From: Eledone cirrhosa
Lineage: Eukaryota
Direction: 5' to 3'
Length of the DNA stretch: 64,000 nucleotides
NCBI GenBank assembly: GCA_964016885.1
Contig: OZ024743.1
Location: 166,656,001 to 166,720,000 of the forward strand
Shown here: piece by piece, positions 59,359 through 64,000 of the stretch
How the letters are laid out: each line of letters begins with the position of its first letter
How positions within the stretch are numbered: the first letter of the stretch is position 1
Notes under the pieces: generated by a model
What the model saw: the letters and a program-made list of their open reading frames with translations, nothing else
What the model was told of the DNA's origin: nothing
The model's database searches: none
Program-made: the position numbers and the translations under genes

Positions 59359-60790
59359 CGTTCAACGCCAAGCTTGATCGCCACTCACCCAGGGAGGTCC
59401 GGCATCTAGACTTCATTTCTCGGTACACTACTGACATTCGGTACATTAAGGGTGCCACCAACTCAACAGCTGATGCCCTGTCGCGCATGGAGCTTAACGC
59501 AATCCACACCACTGCAACTATCGATCTCCATAAGATTGCAGCGGATCAACAGGATGACGAGGAACTGCTACAGCTCCGGAAATCATCCTTGAAATTGCAG
59601 GAATGCCCGCTGCCCTCTTCTTCAAGTTATATTTGGTGCGACATCTCCACAGGCCACGAGCGCTCATACGTGCCCCGGAAACATCGACGCGACGTTTTTT
59701 CGGCCCTGCATTCTCTGGCACATCCTGGCGTCCGTGTCACGCAGAAACTGATAGTTGCCCGCTTTGTGTGGCCCAACATCAACAAGGACACCCGCGAATG
59801 GGCTAGGAACTGTATCGCGTGCCAGAAGGCGAAAATTCACCGGCATATCAAAGCCCCAATCGGTTCTTTCGCAACATGTGCACATAGACATCGTTGGACC
59901 TTTGCCTCCTTCTCACAACTACACTCATCCTCTCACCTGTGTCGACTGATTTTCTCGCTGGCCAGAAGCTTTTCCCCTGACGGATATTACCGCGGAAACT
60001 GTCGCCCAAACTCTAGTTTTTCATTGGATTTCACGTTTCGGCACACCCGCGACCATCACTACGGATAGAGGACGTCAGTTCGATTCGTACCTCTTTACCG
60101 AGCTGACTCGTCTCCTCCGGTGTAAACACATCCGTACAACGGCGTATCACCCTGCAGCTAAAGGCATGGTTGAACATTTCCACTGTCAGCTAAAAGCAGC
60201 CATCAAGGATTACGCACACTCCACTAACTGGTTCGAATACCTCCCACTCATTCTTCTTGGTATTCGTTTCACTGTTAAAGAGGGAGTCGGACATTCTCCG
60301 GCTGAAATGGTTTATGGCACGGTACTCGCTCTACCCGGCCAAATGATCACTCCTGTTTCGCCACAAGAACTTCCAGATCCAACAAAATATGTGCACCGTT
60401 TACGGTCATCGATGTCGCATCTGTCCCCTTCAGCCCCTAAACAACAGCACGTTACTTCACACATACCAAAAGACATCGATACATGGACGCATGTTTTCGT
60501 TAGAAATGACGGTATTCCATCGCAACTTCGTCCGCCGTATTCCGGGCCCTATAAGGTGATACAGAAACGCCCTAAATATTTCGTCCTCGACTTGAACGGG
60601 GAAACAAAATACCGTCTCCATTGACCGTTTAAAAAAAGCGTTCATGGAACAGGATTTGCCACCAGTTCCCACCGTTTCTCCAGCAGACTCACCAACAACT
60701 TTGCCCGACACAAACACGACAAATTCTGCACAACCCCGACACACAAAATCTGGAAGAACAGTTCGATGGCCCAAGCGATATGTACAAGTT
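59359..60790 (+). pseudogene. Element B pol remainder (integrase), frameshifted
   Basis: ADALSR, HSLAHPG...CIACQ, HIDIVGP, TTAYHP, YSGPY. Confidence 0.9.
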
Positions 60791-61952
60791 TATCGGGTAA
60801 ATACAAATTATGCACCTGGTCGACATTTTGGCTAATTTGTACATTTCAACGAAACGGCCAATTTCTGTGGTCATGAACTATTGCTACACACAGATCAATT
60901 GACTCTGTGCATCATACACATCAAAAGAACAGACAAATGAACATTTTTCCATTTCTATGAAATGAATGAACTTGTAATCAACAAACTTTTCGTATGAACA
61001 TTTTCAATTTTATGTAACATCACAGTACATTTTCCTGCATGGAAATTTGTTTTGCTTTGCATGTTTTCTTTCAATTCGCCTGTTTGTAAATGCCTTTAAT
61101 GTTTTTTTTTCTGATTTTCTTCAACAACACACATAGTCATACCTATCTTAATTTCACATAGATCGTTCGACTTTTAGCTTTCTCACTGTAAGTGGGGTAT
61201 TATAACGGCGGCGAAGATTCGAAACCGAATCTGAGCTTTCCCGCCTCTGGGACAAGCCGTCGTTAGTTGTTTACGCCCGGCTGACCAACCCCTTGGGAGA
61301 TGCTAACCACAAGTCAGATGTTGTTTACACCTGGCAGAAAAGAGGTCAGATGATATATCCATCCTAACTTCAACCGTTATAAATACAAGGGTTGTTTACA
61401 CCCGGCAGAAAAAGTGAGACCACAGACAAGACAGGACGTATTTTCACCAACGCTGTCAATACTCCCTTCACGAAAAACAGTCTGTCCACTAATTTCTCAC
61501 ACGCCATTCCCGCCTGGCTGATTGATTACTACTACTGCTAAGACAAGAAAGTATACTAATACGCACACACGCACACATAGTAAGTTCACACTGTTTGCAT
61601 TTTACACGCACCATTACTGCCTGTCATATTGTATCTTTCAGATACAATACAAATTATATTATAATCGTATTCTGTGATATTTGTACTTACGTGGCTCGTT
61701 GTACGAATATTTCATGTTATAGATTTTATCATTCAATATTCAAATTGAATATTGTTATAATAAAATAAACATTGTAACAACACAATCCTGGTATTATTCT
61801 TTGCATTGAAATCATCATACCAACAATTCCATCTATTCGTTACACATTTGTAAACGATTGTCATGCAATAAGTAACAATTCAACAAATCACCGTTTGTTG
61901 TTAATTTGCATGTAGTTTAACTAAAGCTATATATGCATATATATATAAATAT

Positions 61953-63260
61953 CAAAACCCCTACTGAATACCCTGCCGGGATACAACAACAGTTCTTAGG
62001 AGGTGTTAGAGTATTTACACCAAATGGATCCCGACACCCGAAGGGATAACAGATATGCTTTCAGCCTAGATGTGGTCGCTCTGTACACCTCAGTCCCGGC
62101 GCTCCCGGCCATTGATAATACTGACGGAACGTGTCCAGTCTACCAACCTACACTGCTTTGGGCTCACCCCCACTGACATCCACCAGTTCCTATCTGTTGT
62201 CGTTGACAATACCTATTTCAATTTTTTCGACCACACATACCGGCAGACCTCAGGGATATCCATGGGTCTGTCAGGTGTGCTAGCGATCTTGTATTTGGAC
62301 AGCCTAGAACGCAAGGCACTCAACACCTGCCACTCCACCGCTGTTGTCTTCTGCTCAAGATACGTGGATGACATACTCATCCTCATATCTTCCTAGGAGA
62401 TGGCGAATGAGATTTACGAGACATTCAGCAATACAGGCGAGAGTATTGACGTGAGCATTGAGCACCCCAATGACGACAGATCCCTTTCCCTCCTCGACTT
62501 TCTAATCAACATCACGGAACAGGAAGAGATCAACACCAACTTTTACCGCAAGGTGGCCTGCAGGGACTTGTTCATCCACTACAAATCTGCCCTCCCTAAC
62601 AATGCTAAAAGAGGGTACATCACGAACGTGATCACGCAGATTAAAAATAGATGCAGCAATCCCGTGAGTAGTGTCACCCACACCAAGCGATTCCACAGGG
62701 TGCTGGAGACGAATGGATACCCAACATTATTTACAAACAGAGTAAGGGACACCAGACACAAGTGGCAGAGAAACACAAAAGGTCAGTGCTTCTTTAAGAT
62801 CCCGCACCTGGGCGAAAAAACCACCGATGCTATTCGCAGTGCCATACGGAGGGAGGGCCTTGATATCCACTTGGTCCACTCAAGGCCCTCTCTATGGAGA
62901 TGCCTCTCCAGGAAACCTGACAAATCAGTTGATGCGTATTCCCTCAGCAACTGTCCAATACGTCAGACGAACTGTTGCTTACACACGTCTGTCATATACA
63001 AGATCGAATGTGGCAAGTGTAATGAATTCTATATTAGTAGCACCATCCGGCCACTACATGTCCGGATCAAGGAACACATCAACTTCTTTCCGAAACACAT
63101 AATCAAATGCGGAAACAAAGACAGAAGGCCCATTGTCACAGTGTTAGCGACGGAAAGCAACGTTGGCACTTTAAGGATAAAGGAGGAACTCTGGATCAAA
63201 CGTCTCAGGCCACAAATCAATAATCGATCCAACAGAAGTGAGACAAGATGGCTGGTGTAA
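61953..63260 (+). mobile_element. 5'-truncated Penelope-like element (RT and GIY-YIG endonuclease)
   Basis: FSLDVVALYTSV codons, YRQTSGISMG, RYVDD, FLDF-like LLDF, VIYKIECGKCNEFYISSTIRPLHVRIKEH; contains a stop and frameshifts. Confidence 0.9.
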
Positions 63261-64000
63261 ACAAATGGAACAACAACAACACACAGTGACAATCGAGCGA
63301 TTGTTATTGTGTGTATATCGTGTCCACTACCCACTGAGTGACAGACAACAGACAGGCAGACTACTATCACCATGCCTGCCACTGACCTCAAAACATAAAG
63401 ATTTGACAGCGATGATGCGTACACACTGACCCACCACCGCCCCACTACTCTAGTATAGAAGAACTGCCTTGAACTTTATCTGACTGCAGCTATTCCGCGT
63501 GCGCACGTGCCCGATAGAGTATTTCAGTTGTATGTACACGATAAACAGCGGAGGCCATGTGTTGTCCTTCTCCGACACAACTTTTTCCCCTAGGAAAATC
63601 CCCAGTTAATGGATACGAAATCCGAAATATAGGGTCTATTAAATCGCTTCCAAGGTAACTCTATCTCGTGTTATTTTTTACACTTTTCCTACATTCTTTT
63701 ATGCTCTCTACGTCTCTTTCTATGCTCCCTCTTACACCTCTCTCTCATTACCACCTGATTCTGTTACCCGGAGATTTACCTATTTGCATTGTTGAGGCTT
63801 CCAAAAAGACTATTTATATATATATATTGTTATACTTTGGGAGGGTCACGTTGCCAATAACAACACGCGCACCTGTTGATTTTCACTTCAATTTATTATA
63901 AATTTCCGGTTGGCTGGTTGATTCGACGACCGGAAGGTTGTTTATATATTGTCAAAGCTCTTTTGTCACACATTCTGTGACCTCCTCAGTCACTAGGTTT

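Larger units (their letters stand above)
49932..61844 (+). mobile_element. Ty3/Gypsy element B (CsRn1-like), full length, interrupted by element C
   Basis: LTRs 49932-50689 (plus duplicated end to 50862) and 61201-61844; TSD CATT; PBS tggtgaccccg at 50865; PPT aagtgggg near 61190. Confidence 0.92.

Noticed and set aside
63945-63997. Hammerhead-like motif on the minus strand (CTGAGGA, GTCACA/TGTGAC stem)
   Set aside because: GAAA is replaced by AAAA and stem I does not pair; at best a dead relic at the window edge.

Overview
Gene-poor, AT-rich eukaryotic DNA made almost entirely of microsatellites and transposable elements. The Nin-domain tRNA-SINE family, RTE LINEs with (TGA)n tails and huge TA/TACA arrays suggest a coleoid cephalopod, probably an octopus (inference). 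I could not support any host protein-coding gene; the very long Tyr/Ile/His ORFs between 1.4 and 17.2 kb are microsatellite artefacts. 1.5-17.1 kb is a TA-based array holding two copies of a bipartite non-autonomous RTE derivative, a tRNA-SINE and RTE 3' ends, and it ends at a complete DD37D (maT-type) Tc1/mariner element. 18.4-45.8 kb holds SINEs, RTE and Penelope relics, solo LTRs, a hAT-type MITE, two TA-flanked long hairpins and a minimal type I hammerhead ribozyme candidate at 19011-19077 (minus). 45.9-61.9 kb is a three-level nest of CsRn1-like Ty3/Gypsy elements, the youngest with an intact pol, followed by a Penelope-like element. No clearly new biological system is established. The best leads are the hammerhead(s), the bipartite RTE, the hairpin cassettes, tandem pseudoknot-like modules in the RTE 3' UTR and non-canonical LTR ends.
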